Assembly: GCA_040388745.1 (NCBI GenBank)
Contig: JAZKBF010000028.1
Span: 55,418 to 119,417, forward strand
DNA: 64,000 nt
From: Bacteroidota bacterium
GTDB lineage: Bacteria > Bacteroidota > Bacteroidia > 2-12-FULL-35-15
Direction of reading: 5' to 3'
Part shown: positions 48,501 to 63,500 of the stretch, piece after piece
How the letters are laid out: each line of letters opens with the position of its first letter
Numbering within the stretch: the stretch's first letter is position 1
The notes under the pieces: model-generated
The model's database searches: none
Seen by the model: only the letters and a program-made list of their open reading frames with translations
Told to the model about the DNA's origin: nothing
Translations under genes and position numbers: made by a program

Positions 48501-51500
48501 CACCCACTTCAACAACAGGTTCATGTGTTGGAGTTGCATATACAATCACGGTAACAGTAAATCCGGAACCAATTGCTATATTTACCGGAGGCGCTAACCA
48601 AACAGTATGCTCTGGAGTTGCACTTCCAACTCCAATTGCGCTTGGTACAAGTAACAGCATTGCAGGAACAACATTTGCCTGGACAAGAGATAATACAACA
48701 AATGTTACTGGTACTACAAGTGGTTCAGGAAATATCTCAGCTCTGGTATTGACCAACATAACCACTTCGCCACAAACGGTAACTTTTACAATAACACCAA
48801 CGGGCCCCACTCCAACCTTTTGTATAGGTGCAACAATAACCACAACTGTTGTGGTAAATCCAATCCCGGTATTAAACAGTAGTTTGACAATACCTGCAAT
48901 TTGTAATGGAAACACATTGTCTTATGGTGCCACCAGTGCAACTTCAGGTGCAACATTTGCATGGACTCGTGCTGCGGTTACTAATATTACACCGGCAACA
49001 TCATCCGGAACAGGCAATGTAAGTGAAGCATTAACGAATGGATCTGGTTCTCCCGGAGCACCCATCAATGTTACTTATGTGTATACAACTACAGCAAATG
49101 GTTGCAGTAATGCAGGACAAAACGTTGTGGCAACAGTAAATGTACTTCCAATTGGAACCATCACTAACAGTGCACAAACCATTTGTTCAGGAGCAACATT
49201 TTCAACAATGGTTTTAGGTACCAGTAATGGTGTTACTTCCACTACTTTTACCTGGACCAGAAATAATGGTGCTATAACAGGTATTGGAGCAAGTGGGTCG
49301 GGTGGAAGTATTGGAGGAGTTGCATTAACAAATACAACTGGTTCAGACCAAACAATAACATTTACAATAACACCATCCTGTTCCGGTGCCAATTTAACTG
49401 CTACAATTTTAGTTCGAGCAAGTATTGTATTAAATAGCACATTATCTCCACCTGCAATTTGCAGTGGCGCTACTTTTGCTTATACACCAACAAGCGCAAC
49501 CGGTGGCGCTACTTTCGCATGGACCCGTCCTGTCGTATCAGACATATCATCACCGGGAGGGGCTTCTGGCGCTGGCAGTGTAAGCCAGGTGTTAAATAAT
49601 AGCAGCACTAATAGCATTAATGTTACTTATGTATACACAACTACAAATCCAGGAACAGGCTGTAGTAATGCTGGAGAGAATGTAGTTGTAGCGGTTGAAA
49701 AAGCACCTGTGGCAGCAGGAACAATAAGCGGTACCCCTTTAATATGCCAGGCACAAACATACTCTTATTCGGTGCCGGCAATACAAAATGCCACCACTTA
49801 TACCTGGAGTTATTCCGGAACCGGAGTTACTATAAATGGATCAACATCAAACATAACGGTTTCTTTTTCAACTTCAGCTACATCAGGCAATCTAACGGTA
49901 AGAGGAACCAATAGTTGTGGAAATGGAACGATATCTGCCAACTATGCCATTGGGTTAAATGCTAATGCCACAATTGCTTTGACATCAACTGCAGGAACTA
50001 ATTTCCAAACCGTTTGTGTAAATATTCCGATAGCGGATATTACTTATTTGGTTGGAGGTGGCGGAACAGGTGCAGGAGTTACTGCATTGCCTACCGGGAT
50101 CTCAAGTTCTTTTAGCGGCAGCACGTTGACAATCAGTGGTACTCCTACTGTGGTTGGGACTTTCCCTTATACAATAACTACAACAGGAACCTGTATTCAA
50201 ACCAGTGCAGCCGGAAGCATTATAATTGCTCCTCTTCCAACATTAAACAGTTCATTGGCCCCTCCGGCAGTGTGTAGTAATTCAACTTTCAATTACACAC
50301 CAACAAGTCCGGTTTCAGGTGCAACATTCACCTGGACAAGAGCTGCGGTAGCAGGGATAAGTAATGGAGCAAACAGTGGTACTGGTAATCCTGGTGAAAT
50401 TCTTTACAATACTACTTTAACAGCAGTAAATGTTACCTATGTTTATACTGTAGTTGCTAATGGTTGTTCAAGTGCTTCAATCTCCAATGTTGTAGTTTCA
50501 GTAAAGCCACAGGCTTTATTAAGTAGTTCACTTACACCACCGGCTATTTGCAGTGGAATAGCATTTACGTATACCCCTGCAAGCGCAACAGCTGGTTCAT
50601 CTTTTGCATGGGCAAGAGCCGCAACAGGAGGGATCAGCCAGGCAGCCAACAGTGGCACAGGCGATCCGAACGAAATATTAACCAATACAACAGCTACTAC
50701 TGTTAATGTTACTTATGTTTATACGATCACTGCTACGGGGTGTAGTTATAATCAAAATGTTGTTGTACCGGTAACACCAACCCCAACATTAAGCAGTTCA
50801 TTAAATCCTCCTGCAGCTTGCAGTGGAGTTGCAGTGAACTATACACCAACCAGTGCAACTCCGGGGGCATCGTTCACCTGGACAAGAGCTGTAGTAGCCG
50901 GTATAAGCAATGGTGCTGGAAGCGGTACTGCCAACCCTTTCGAAACACTTACAAATACAACAACTTTAGCGGTTAACGTAACTTATATTTATACAGTAAC
51001 AGCCAATAGTTGCACCAATCTGACCACTTTCAGTGTAATTGTTCCTATAAATCCAAGGCCAACCTTAAACACCACCTTAACTCCTCCCGCAATATGTAGT
51101 GGTACCGTTTTTAGTTATGTCCCCGGCAGTGCAGTGGCAGGTTCAACATTTGCTTGGGCAAGAGCAGCAATTGGTGGTATAAGCAATCCAGCGGCTAATA
51201 ATACAGGTAATCCATCAGAAACGCTTACCAACACTTCAACAGCTCCGATCAATGTTACATACGTTTATACAACTGCCGCCAACGGATGCAGCTTTGATCA
51301 AAGTGTGGTTGTAACGGTAAATCCGAAACCAACGCTAAACAGTAGTTTGGCACCTACAGTATGTAGTGGCTACACCTTTAACTATGTGCCGACAAGTGCA
51401 ACAGCTGGTGCTTCATTTACATGGACAAGAGCGGTAGTAGTAGGAATCAGCAATGGAGCAGGAAGCGGATCAGGTTCTCCTTCAGAGATCCTTACCAATA

Positions 51501-54500
51501 CTACAACAGCATCTGTAAGTGCTACTTACATTTATACTGTATCGGCTAATAGTTGCGTAAATGCAACTACTTTTAGCGTGATCGTTAATGTATTTCCAAG
51601 GCCAACCTTAAGCAGTACATTAACGCCCGGAGCAATATGCAGCAATGTCATTTTCAATTACACACCCGCAAGCGCCATCGGAGGGGCAACATTTGCCTGG
51701 GCAAGAGCCGCAATACCTGGTATCAGTAATGCCGCTAACAATGGTGTAAATAATCCTGCCGAAACCCTTATCAATACAACAGCTGCTCCGGTAAATGTTA
51801 CATATATTTATACAACATCAGCGAATGGTTGCAGTTTTGATCAAAACGTGATCGTAACGATAAACCCTAATCCTACTTTAAACAGTAGTTTAACACCAAC
51901 GGTTTGTAGTGGGGCTGCTTTTAATTATACCCCTACAAGTGCAACAGCGGGTGCATCATTTGCATGGACAAGGGCAGTAGTAGCCAATATCAGCAATGGA
52001 GCAGGTAGTGGTACAGGTGCTCCATTTGAAACACTTTATAATACTACAACAGTTTCCGTTAATGTAACCTACATTTATACAGTTGCTGCCAATGCATGTA
52101 CAAATGCTACAACTTTTAGTGTAGTTGCTACTGTTTATCCTGCGCCTACATTAAGCAGCACATTAACACCTGCTGCAATTTGCAGTAATACTATTTTCAA
52201 TTATCCCCCTTCAAGTGCAATAGGCGGGGCTACTTTTTCATGGTCAAGAGTTGCGGTGGGAGGTATCAGCAATGCAGCAAACAGCGGCATCAACAATCCG
52301 AACGAAACCCTGATCAATACTTCAACGGTTCCTGTAAATGTTGTTTACGTCTACACAACTACTGCCAATGGTTGCAATAATAATCAAAATGTAATTGTAG
52401 CAGTAAATCCAAAGCCAGTACTAAACAGTAGTCTAACGCCAACAGTATGCAGTGGAGCATCTTTCAATTACACCCCCACAAGTGCAACACCGGGAACAAC
52501 ATTCACATGGACAAGAGCCGCAGTAGCAGGTATCAGTAATGGCGCGAACAGTGGTTCAGGTACTCCATTTGAAACTCTTTTTAATACCACAGGTGCTTCA
52601 GTGGATGTTACTTATATTTATACACTTTCGGCTAATGGTTGTACCAATGCAACAACATTTAGTGTGGTTGCCACCGTTTACTCAAATCCAACATTAAGCA
52701 GTACAACAACACCTCCTGCAATTTGTAGTGCTACTCTTTTTTCTTACGTGCCATCAAGTTCAACTGGTGGAGCAACATTCTCGTGGTCAAGAGCTACAGT
52801 GCCGGGTATCAGCAATGCATCAAGTAGTGGCACAAACAATCCGAATGAAACACTTACCAATACATCAACGGCTCCTATCAATGTTACCTATATTTATACG
52901 ACTTCTGCCAATGGTTGCAATAATAATCAAAACGTAATTGCAACTGTTAATCCAACACCGGCATTGAACAGTAACCTGACACCATCAGTATGTAGCAATT
53001 CTACCTTTAATTATACACCAACAAGTGCTACTGCAGGTGCCACATTTACATGGACAAGAGCTGCCGTAGGTGGCATTAGTAATGGAGCGGGTAGCGGCAG
53101 CGGCTCTCCATTCGAAACACTTATCAATACAACAGCAGCTCCTGTAACAACCACTTATATTTTTACTGTAACCGCTAATCTTTGTACAAATGCAGCAACA
53201 TTCAGTGTAGTAGTTACGGTAAATCCAAGGCCTGCATTAAGCAGTGCGCTTACTCCTCCGGCAATTTGTAGTGGTACTGTTTTTAGTTACGCACCAACAA
53301 GTGCAACGGCAGGGGCTACATTCCCCTGGAACAGAGCAGCAGTAGGAGGTATCAGCAATGCAGCTAATAACGGTACAGGTAATCCGAGCGAAACCCTTAA
53401 TAATACAACAACAGCTCCTGTTAATGTTACTTATATTTATTCAACTACTGCCAATGGTTGCTTTTTTGATCAAAGTGTAGTGGTAACGGTAAATCCAAGA
53501 CCTGCATTAAACAGTAGTCTTACACCATCAGTTTGCAGCAATTCTGCTTTTAATTATACCCCAACAAGTGCAACCGCTGGTGCTACATTTACATGGACAA
53601 GAGCAACAGTTGCCGGTATCAGCAATGGAGTGGGAAGTGGGGCTGGTTCTCCTTTCGAAACCCTTATTAATACAACCGCTAATCCTGTAAATGTTACTTA
53701 TATTTTTACAGTAACCGCTAATTTATGTACAAATGCAACCACTTTCAGTGTTGTTGCAACTGTAAATCCAAGACCAACACTAAGCAGTGGTTTAACTCCT
53801 CCTGCAATTTGCAGTGGTACTGCTTTTAATTATTCTCCAACAAGTGCAACAGCAGGTGCAACATTTCCATGGGCAAGAGCGGCCGTTGGAGGTATCAGCA
53901 ATGCAGCGAATAATGGCACTGGTGATCCGGGCGAAACATTAATTAATACTACAACAACTCCGATCAATGTTACTTATGTTTATTCAACAACTGCAAACGG
54001 TTGCTTTTTTGACCAGAATGTTGTAGTAATTGTTAATCCAACACCGGCATTGAACAGTAACCTGGCGGTAGCGGTATGTAGCCACATCACCACTTTTAAT
54101 TATACACCAACAAGTGCCACACCGGGCGCAACATTTACCTGGACAAGAGCGGTAGCTGCAAATATCAGTAATGGCGCGGGAAGTGGTTCAGGCTCTCCGT
54201 CTGAAGTTCTTTTCAATATCACAGCTGCCCCGGTAACTTGTACTTATATTTTTACCGTTACCGCTAATACATGTGTAAATCCAACTACTTTCAGTGTAGT
54301 GGTTACAGTGAATCCAAGGCCATTGTTAAGTAGTTCATTAACACCTCCTGCAATTTGTAGCGGTACAGCTTTCAGTTACATACCGGCAAGTGCAACCACC
54401 GGTTCAACCTTCCCATGGTTTCGTGCTGCCGTTCCGGGTATCAGCAATCCTGCCACCAGTGGTACAGGTAATCCGAGCGAAGTATTAAGCAATACCACCA

Positions 54501-57500
54501 CCACTCCGATAAATGTTACATATACATATGGAGTAACAGCTAATGGTTGCCAGGTTAATAACAATGTAATTGTAACCGTATATCCGCCTCCAACATTAAA
54601 CAGTACATTAGCTCCTGGTGGATATTGCTCTAATTCCCAACAAGGCTATGTTGTTAGTTACACACCTTCAAGTGCAACACCCGGAGCAACGTATACCTGG
54701 ACAAGAGCCGTGGTAGCTGGTGTGAGTGCAGGCGCAGGCAGCGGATCTGGTAATATATATGAAGGACTAAATAATACAACATCAGCTAATATTAATGTTA
54801 CCTATGTTTATACAGTGACAGCTAATGGTTGTACAAACCCAACAACCTATAATGTAGTTATTGTATTATATCCTAGTCCGGTATTAAGCACCAGTACGGC
54901 TCCACCTGCAATTTGTAGCGGAACTGCTTTCAATTATGTGCCATCAAGTTCAGTAGCAGGTACAACATTCACCTGGTGGCGCGGAACTACTACTGGTATA
55001 AGTCAGCCAGCGAGCAGTGGTTCTGGTAATCCCATCGAAGTGCTTACCAATTTATCAACCTTTCCTGTTGTGGTTGTTTATTTGTTTAGAGGAATAGCAA
55101 ATGGATGCCGTTATGATGTAAATGTGAACCTTACAGTTAATCCGGAACCATCATTAAGCAGTACAATTACGCCTCCGGCAATATGTAACAATACAGCTTT
55201 CAGTTATATACCAACAAGTGATATAGTAGGTGCAACATTTGCATGGACAAGAGCGGCAGTAGCAGGTATCAGTAATCCGGCCGGAAGTGGTACGGGTAAT
55301 CCAAATCAAATACTTATCAATACTACCACGGCTCCTGTAAATGTTACCTATGTTTACACGATATCCGCAAATGCCTGTACAAGTTTAACAACATCGAGTG
55401 TAGTGGTATCCGTAAATCCAAACCCCGGATTTACAAGTAGTTTAACCCCTCCTGCAATTTGCAGTGGTACTGCATTTAATTACTCTCCTACAAGTGGAAC
55501 AGCCGGGGCATTGTTTACCTGGTCCAGAGCGGCAGTGGTGGGTATAAGTAATATGGCTGCCAGTAGTATCGGTAATCCCAATGAAGTACTTATAAATACA
55601 ACAGCAGCTCCTGTAAATGCTACTTATACCTATAGTATATCAGCAAATGGTTGTACAAATCCTACAACATTTAATGTAATAGTAAGTGTAAATCCAAACC
55701 CAACATTAACGAGTACACTAACTCCCCCGATAATTTGTAGTGATTCGGTTTTTAATTATGTACCAACAAGTGCAGTAACAGGCGCAACGTTTAGTTGGGT
55801 AAGACAAGCTGTGGTGGGTATAAGCAATGCACCCGGCAGTGGAACATTCAATCCGAATGAAACTCTTGTAAATACCACAACCGGTACTATAAATGTTACC
55901 TACGTTTATACAGTATCAGCAAATGGTTGCGCTAATCCAACTACTTACAATGTTGTGGTTGCTGTAAAAATTTGTGCTTGTAATCATTCATTAAGCAGCA
56001 GTTTAACGCCTCCAGCTATTTGTAGTAGCACTCCATTTAATTACATACCAACAAGCTCCTCACCGGGAGCTTCATTTACCTGGACAAGAGCCGTAGTAGC
56101 CGGTATCACCAACGCGGCAGGAACGGGTTCCGGTAATCCTAACGAAACGCTTATCAATACTACTGTTGCTCCTATTAATGTTACCTATATTTATTCGGTT
56201 ACTATGATCTGTACAAATCCAATAACGTATAGTGTAGTAGTTAGGGTAAACCCAAGTCCAACATTAACAAGTACATTAACGCCTCCCGCTATATGTAGCG
56301 GAATAGCCTTCAGCTATACTCCATTAAGTGGAACAACAGGCTCAACATTTCCATGGACAAGAGCGGTGATATCCGGGCTTAGCAATCCATTTGGAAGTGG
56401 TACCGGCAATCCATCGGAAGTACTTACCAATACATCATCATCACCTATAAATGTCACTTATGTTTACAATGTAACTGCCAATGGTTGCAGTAACGGTCAA
56501 AATGTAGTTGTAACGGTAAATCCAAAACCAACATTAAGCAGCACATTAGCACCTCCAGCGGTTTGTAGTGGTGTTGTTTTCAATTATTCCCCAACCAGTT
56601 CAACTGGCGGGGTCTTATTTTCCTGGACAAGAGCAGCGGTTGCGGGTATCAGCAATGTAGCCGCAAGTGGTACGGGTAATCCTGCTGAAACACTTATCAA
56701 TACAACTGCAGCTCCTAAAAATGTAACGTACATTTATACATTATCAGGCAGTGGATGTGTGAATGCAACAACCTATAGTGTAGTTGTTGCAGTAAATCAG
56801 GAACCAACCTTAAGCAGTACACTATCACCGCCTGCAATTTGCAGTGGCTCCACTTTCTACTATACACCAACAAGTGCAACAAGTGGTGCTACTTTTACAT
56901 GGACACGAGCAGCTGTAGTAGGCATAAGCAATCCTGCCACTTTCGGTTCAGCCGACCCGATTGAAACGCTTATTAATACCACCTCTGTTCCTAAAAATGT
57001 TACTTATGTTTATACGTTATCTGCTTTCGGCTGTGTAAACTCAACAACTTACAGTGTGGTTGTTGTTGTAAATCCAACACCTTTATTAAGCAGTGTTACA
57101 TTACCTCCGGCAATATGTACAGGCACTGTTTTTAGCTATGTACCAACAAGTGCAACAGTTGGCGCCTCATTTGCATGGGACAGAGCTGCGGTTATAGGGA
57201 TAAGTAATGTTGCCGCCACAGGTACAGCTAATCCGTCCGAAACACTTGTTAATACTACTTCAGGTCCTGTAAATGTTACTTATGTTTATACCTTAACGGC
57301 AAACGCTTGTACAAATGCAACAACATATAACGTAGTTGTAACTGTAAAGCCAACACCGATCCTGAGCAGCCTTTTAACTCCTCCGGCAATTTGCAGCGGT
57401 GCAACTTTTAATTATACACCTACAAGTGCAACAGCTGGTACCACTTTTTCATGGGCAAGAGCAGTGGTAGCAGGCATCAGCAATGTGGCTGCCAGCGGAT

Positions 57501-60500
57501 CCGGCAATCCGGCCGAAGTACTTGCCAATACAACTACAAACCCTGTAAATGTTACCTACATTTATACATTAACGGCTAACAGCTGCGCAAACCCAAGTAC
57601 TTATAGTGTTGTGGTTCAGGTAAATCCTGTGCCCATCTTTATCAGTAGTTTAACCCCTCCTTCCATTTGCAGTAATACAGCTTTCTATTATACGGCAATA
57701 AGCTCAACGGCCGGTGCATCATTCTCATGGACAAGAGCAGCTGTAGTTGGTATCAGTAATCCAGCAACCAGTGGCACTGGCGATCCGATCGAAACGCTTA
57801 TTAATACAACCACTATTCCGAAAAACGTTACGTATGTTTATACAGTATCAGCTAATGGTTGTACAAATGCAAGTACTTATAGTGTGGTTGTTATAGTAAA
57901 TCCAATACCTACGTTAGGCAGTGTTTTATTACCTCCTGCTATATGCAGTGGTGCATCTTTTAGTTATACAGCAACCAGTGTTACAGCGGGTGCAACCTTT
58001 GCCTGGACAAGAGCAGCAGTAATAGGGATAAGCAATGCAGCAGCAACTGGTGCCGGGAATGTGAGCGAAATACTTACAAATACAACTGTAGCACCAATAA
58101 ATGTTTCTTATATTTATACAGTATCAGCCAATGGTTGCACAAATGCAACTCTCTATAATGTTGTGGTTCGTGTAAATCCAACACCAACATTAAGCAGCAC
58201 ATTAGCTCCTCCTCCGGTATGTAGTGATTCTGTTTTTAATTACACTCCAACCAGTCCGGTTGCAGGCACCACTTTCACATGGACAAGAGCTGCAGTGGCA
58301 GGTATCAGCAATCCGGCAGCCAGCGGTAGTGGTAATCCGAACGAATCGCTTACCAATACAACAGCAAGTCCTATAAACGTTACTTACATTTATACTTTAT
58401 CAGCTAATGGTTGCTTGGGCGCTACAACTTACAATGTAGTTCTTAATGTGAGAGTAGCTTGTCAATGTAATCATTCATTAAGCAGTAGTTTAACACCTCC
58501 GGCAGTTTGTAGTGGTATCGTTTTCAGTTATGCACCTACAAGTTCATCACCGGGTGCAACATATACATGGTCAAGGGCTTTGGTAACAGGCATTAGTAAC
58601 GCAGCAAGCAGCGGTGCCACTAATCCCAACGAAATTCTTATCAATACCACCAGCGCTCCGGTAAATGTTACCTACATTTATTATGTAACAGCTAATGCCT
58701 GTACAAATCTAAATAGCTTTAGTGTAGTTGTGATCATAAATCCAAGACCACTTTTAAGCAGTACATTAACACCAGCTGCAATATGCAGCGGAACAACTTT
58801 CAATTACATTCCGGCAAGTGAAACTTCAGGTGCTTCTTATACATGGAGCAGAGCAACCGTTACAGGTATTAGCAATTCGATCGGTAGTGGTTCAGGTAAT
58901 CCGAATGAAACACTTATCAATACACTCACAACGCCTGTAAATGTTACTTACATTTATACAATTTCCGCTAATGCCTGTAGTTTTAATCAGAGTGTAGTTG
59001 TTGCTATTAATCCTACTCCAACATTGAGCAGTAGTTTGGCACCTCCGGCAATTTGCAGTGGTACTGCTTTCAATTACTCACCTACAAGTGGAACAACAGG
59101 TGCCTCTTTTACCTGGACAAGGGCCGCGGTAGCAGGCATCAGCAATGGGCTGAATAATGGCACTGGGAATCCTGGTGAAGTACTTATTAATACAACGGTA
59201 AATCCAATAAATGTTACTTATGTTTTCAGCTTATCTGCTAATAGCTGTCCGGGTGGAACAACCTATAGCGTGGTTGTTCGCGTAAACCCTTTACCAACAT
59301 TAAGCAGCACTTTAACACCTTTAGCAATATGTAGCGGTGCAGCATTTAGTTATATTCCAACAAGTAACACAACAGGTACTTCCTTTGCCTGGACAAGAGC
59401 AACGGTAGCAGGTATCAGCAATGTTGCCGGACTGGGAACGGACAATCCAAATGAAACACTCAACAATACAATAGCATCCAATGTAAATGTTACTTATATT
59501 TATACATTATCGGCTAATGGTTGCACCAATGCCAGCACTTTTAGCGTTGTGGTTCCTGTTACAGCTGCCCCAACATTAAGCAGTAGTTTAGCACCGCCTG
59601 CAATATGCAGTGGTACACCTTTTACTTACGGGCCAACAAGCGCAACATCAGGTGCGTCCTTTGCATGGACCAGAGCTGCAGTGGCGGGCATCAGCAATAT
59701 AGCCGCCAGTGGTACTGGTAATCCAAACGAAACACTTACCAATACAGCGTCTACCGCTATAAATGTTACTTATGTTTATACAGTTTCCGCGAATGGTTGT
59801 ACCAATCCAACTACATACAATGTTGTAGTTACAGTTAATCTATTGCCAACATTAAGCAGCAGTTTAGCACCCTCAGCAATATGCAGCAGTGCACTCTTTA
59901 ATTACACTGCAACAAGTGCAACAGGTGGAGCATCATTTACCTGGACAAGAGCAGTTGTTGCCGGTATAAGCAATGCCGCGGGCAGCGGAACCGGCAATCT
60001 GAATGAAACGCTTATCAATACAACAAACAGTTCAGTAAATGTTACTTATGTATATTCGGTAACAGCAAATGGCTGTACAAACCCTACTACTTATAGTGTA
60101 GTTATCCTTGTTAATCCTGCGGCAACATTAAGCAGCACATTAACGCCTTCAGCAATTTGCAGTGGTACGGTTTTTAATTATTCACCTTCATCTTTAACCA
60201 CTGGGGCAACATTTGCCTGGGCAAGAGCTGCAGTTGCCGGTATAAGCAATACAGCAGGGGGAAATGCTGGTAATCCAAATGAGGTACTTACGAATACAAC
60301 CACAGCTCCAATAAATGTTACTTATGTGTATTCGGTAACAGCCAATGGTTGTTTAAATCCAACAACTTACAATGTTGTGGTTCCCGTGAACCCAACACCT
60401 GCATTAAGTAGTAGTTCAAGTCCTCCTGCAATATGCAGCGGTACTGTTTTTAGTTATGCTCCAACAAGTGCCACAACCGGTGCCACCTTCTTATGGACAA

Positions 60501-63500
60501 GAGCGGTGGTAGCTGGTATCAGCAATATAGGAGGTAGTGGAGCAGGTAATCCGAATGAAACCATTATAAATACAACAGCAGCTTCTGTAAATGTTACTTA
60601 CATCTATACGGTAACTGCTAATCTTTGCGCCAATGCCACCACTTATAATGTTGTGGTTGCCATAACGCCATCACCAACGCTAAGCAGCAGTTTAGCACCT
60701 CCTGCATTTTGCAGTGGCACTCCTTTTAATTACACACCTTTATGTCCAACATCAGGTGCCTCATTTACATGGACAAGAGCAGTGGTAGCAGGTATCAGCC
60801 AGATAGCGAGCAGTGGAACCGGTAACCCGAATGAAACACTTACAAACCTTACCATCGCTTCTGTAAATGTGACCTATATTTATACTGTTTCAGCAAATGG
60901 CTGTACAAACCCAACAACCTTCAGTGTAGTTGTTCCGGTAACGGCAGCACCAACATTAAGCAGCAGTTTAGCTCCTCCGGCATTTTGCAGTGGCACGGCT
61001 TTCAGTTATACACCTTTGAGTGCAACAGTTGGTGCAACATTTGCATGGACAAGAGCGGTAGTAGCCGGCATCAGTAATTTAGCAAACAGTGGCACCAACA
61101 ATCCAAATGAAGTATTGACCAATACAACAACTGCACCCGTAAATGTTACTTATGTTTATACTGTATCTGCTAATGGTTGCGCCAATGCTACTACTTTTAG
61201 TGTTGTTGTTCCTGTAAATCCAATACCGGTGTTAAACAGTAGTTTAGCACCTCCGGCAATATGCAGTGGTACTCCTTTCGCTTACGGACCAACAAGTGCA
61301 ACTACAGGTGCCTTATTTGCATGGACAAGAGCTGCAGTATCAGGTATCAGCAATATAGCAAGTAATGGAACAAGCAATCCGAATGAAACGCTTATCAATA
61401 CAACAACAGCTGGCGTAAATGCTACTTATGTTTATACTGTAACTGCTAATGGCTGTACAAATGCCAGCACTTTTAATGTTGTGGTTACAGTATATCCTGC
61501 ACCAATTTTAAGCAGCAGTTTAACGCCCCCAACAATATGCAGTGGTAATGCTTTCAGTTATACTCCTGCAAGCGCAACACCAAGTGTAGCATTTGCCTGG
61601 ACAAGAGCATTGGTAACGGGCATCAGCAATATATCAAATAGTGGTGCGGGTAATCCGAACGAAATACTCACCAACACCACTGCAAACCCTGTAAATGTTA
61701 CTTACGTATATACTTTATCTGCTAATGGATGTACTAATCCAATAACTTTTAGTGTGGTTGTAACGGTTACCCCTGCACCAACATTAAGCAGTACATTAAC
61801 TCCTCCTGCAATTTGCAGTTCAACGCTTTTCAATTATTCGCCAACAAGTTCAACTCCCGGGGCAACTTTTACCTGGACCAGAGGAGTAGTAGGAGGTATC
61901 AGTCAGCCGGCCGGCAGTGGTACCGGTGATCCAAACGAAGCACTTACCAATACAACCGGGGCCCCTATAAATGTTACTTATGTTTATACAGTATCAATTA
62001 ATCTTTGTACAAATCCAACTACTTACAATGTAGTTGTATCTGTAATTTTAGCTCCAACATTAAATAGCAGTTTAGCGCCTCCTACAATATGTACCGGCTC
62101 TCTTTTTAGTTATGCGCCTACAACTGCAACACCACCGGCTGCATTCTCATGGACAAGAGCCGCTGTAGCGGGAATCAGTGAAATAGCAGGCAGTGGTACC
62201 GGTAATCCAAGCGAAATTCTTACCAATACAACAACATCACCTATAAATGTTACTTACCTGTATACTGTATCCGCCAATGGCTGTGTAAATTCAACGGCTT
62301 ATAGTGTAGTTGTTACCGTTAGCCCAAAACCAACCTTGAGTAGTACCTTATCCCCTCCGGCAGTTGTTTGTGGCGCTCCTTTTAACTACACACCTTTAAG
62401 CGCAACAGGAGGCGCGGCATTCTCATGGACAAGAGGAGTGGTTGTGGGTATCAGCAATATAGCGGGTAGTGGCACAAATGATCCTAATGAAGTACTAACC
62501 AATACAACGGATAATCCAATAAACGTTACGTATGTTTATTCTGTATCTGCTAACGGTTGTACTAATCCAACAACCTTTAGTGTGGTGGTTGCTGTAAGCC
62601 CAACACCTACATTAAGCAGTAGTTTATCACCTCCTGCATTTTGTAGTGGTACTGCATTCAGTTACACACCTACTAGTGCAACTGTAGGCGCAACATTTGC
62701 ATGGACAAGAGCGGTGGTATTGGGTGTAAGCAATAGTGCAAGCGCTGGGGCAAATAATCCCAACGAAATCCTTACAAATACAGTAACAGTTCCTGTAAAT
62801 GTCAAATATGTTTATACAGTATCTGCAAACGGTTGTACTAACGCAACAAACTTTAATGTAATTGTTCCGGTTAATCCAAACCCGACTTTAAACAGCACTG
62901 CAACACCTCCTGGAATATGTAGTGGCAGCGTGTTCAGCTATGCGCCAACAAGCGCAACAACCGGTTCAACTTTTTCCTGGACCAGAGCTTCAGTTGCAGG
63001 AATTAGTCAAATAGCCGGTAGTGGCTTTACTAATCCGCTTGAAACACTCACAAATACAACAGCTGCTTCTGTAAATGTAACTTACATTTATACTGTTTCT
63101 GCTAATACTTGTACCAATGCTACAACATTTAATGTAGTGGTTACTGTTTATGCAAACCCATTGTTAACCAGTAGTTTAACTCCTCCTGCAGTGGTGTGTG
63201 GTGCTGCTTTTAATTACTCTCCAACAAGTACCACTTCAGGTGCAGCATTTGGATGGACAAGAGCGGTAGTAGCAGGTATCAGCAATATAGCAGCCAGCGG
63301 TGCAGGTAATCCAAGCGAAACGCTGAACAATACAACTATAAATCCTATAAATGTTACTTATGTTTATACCGTTGCCGCTAATGGTTGCACAAATGCTACA
63401 ACCTTTAATGTGGTTGTGGCAGTGAACCCAACTCCAATATTAAGCAGCACATTAACCCCTCCTGCAATTTGTAGTAATACTTCTTTCACCTATACTCCCT

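Noticed and set aside
45679-54564. Ten minus-strand ORFs (45679-45981, 46012-46206, 46052-46276, 46501-46758, 47605-47865, 48001-48408, 48445-48915, 49075-49440, 50443-50685, 54376-54564) encoding Pro/Ala/Val-rich peptides
   Set aside because: They are antisense to the giant Gly/Ala/Thr/Ser-rich repeat gene. The antisense strand of GGN/GCN/ACN-rich codons is poor in stops and yields low-complexity pseudo-proteins such as PPPPPPLPPPEPPPP. The sense-strand ORF is continuous and has a clear domain structure.
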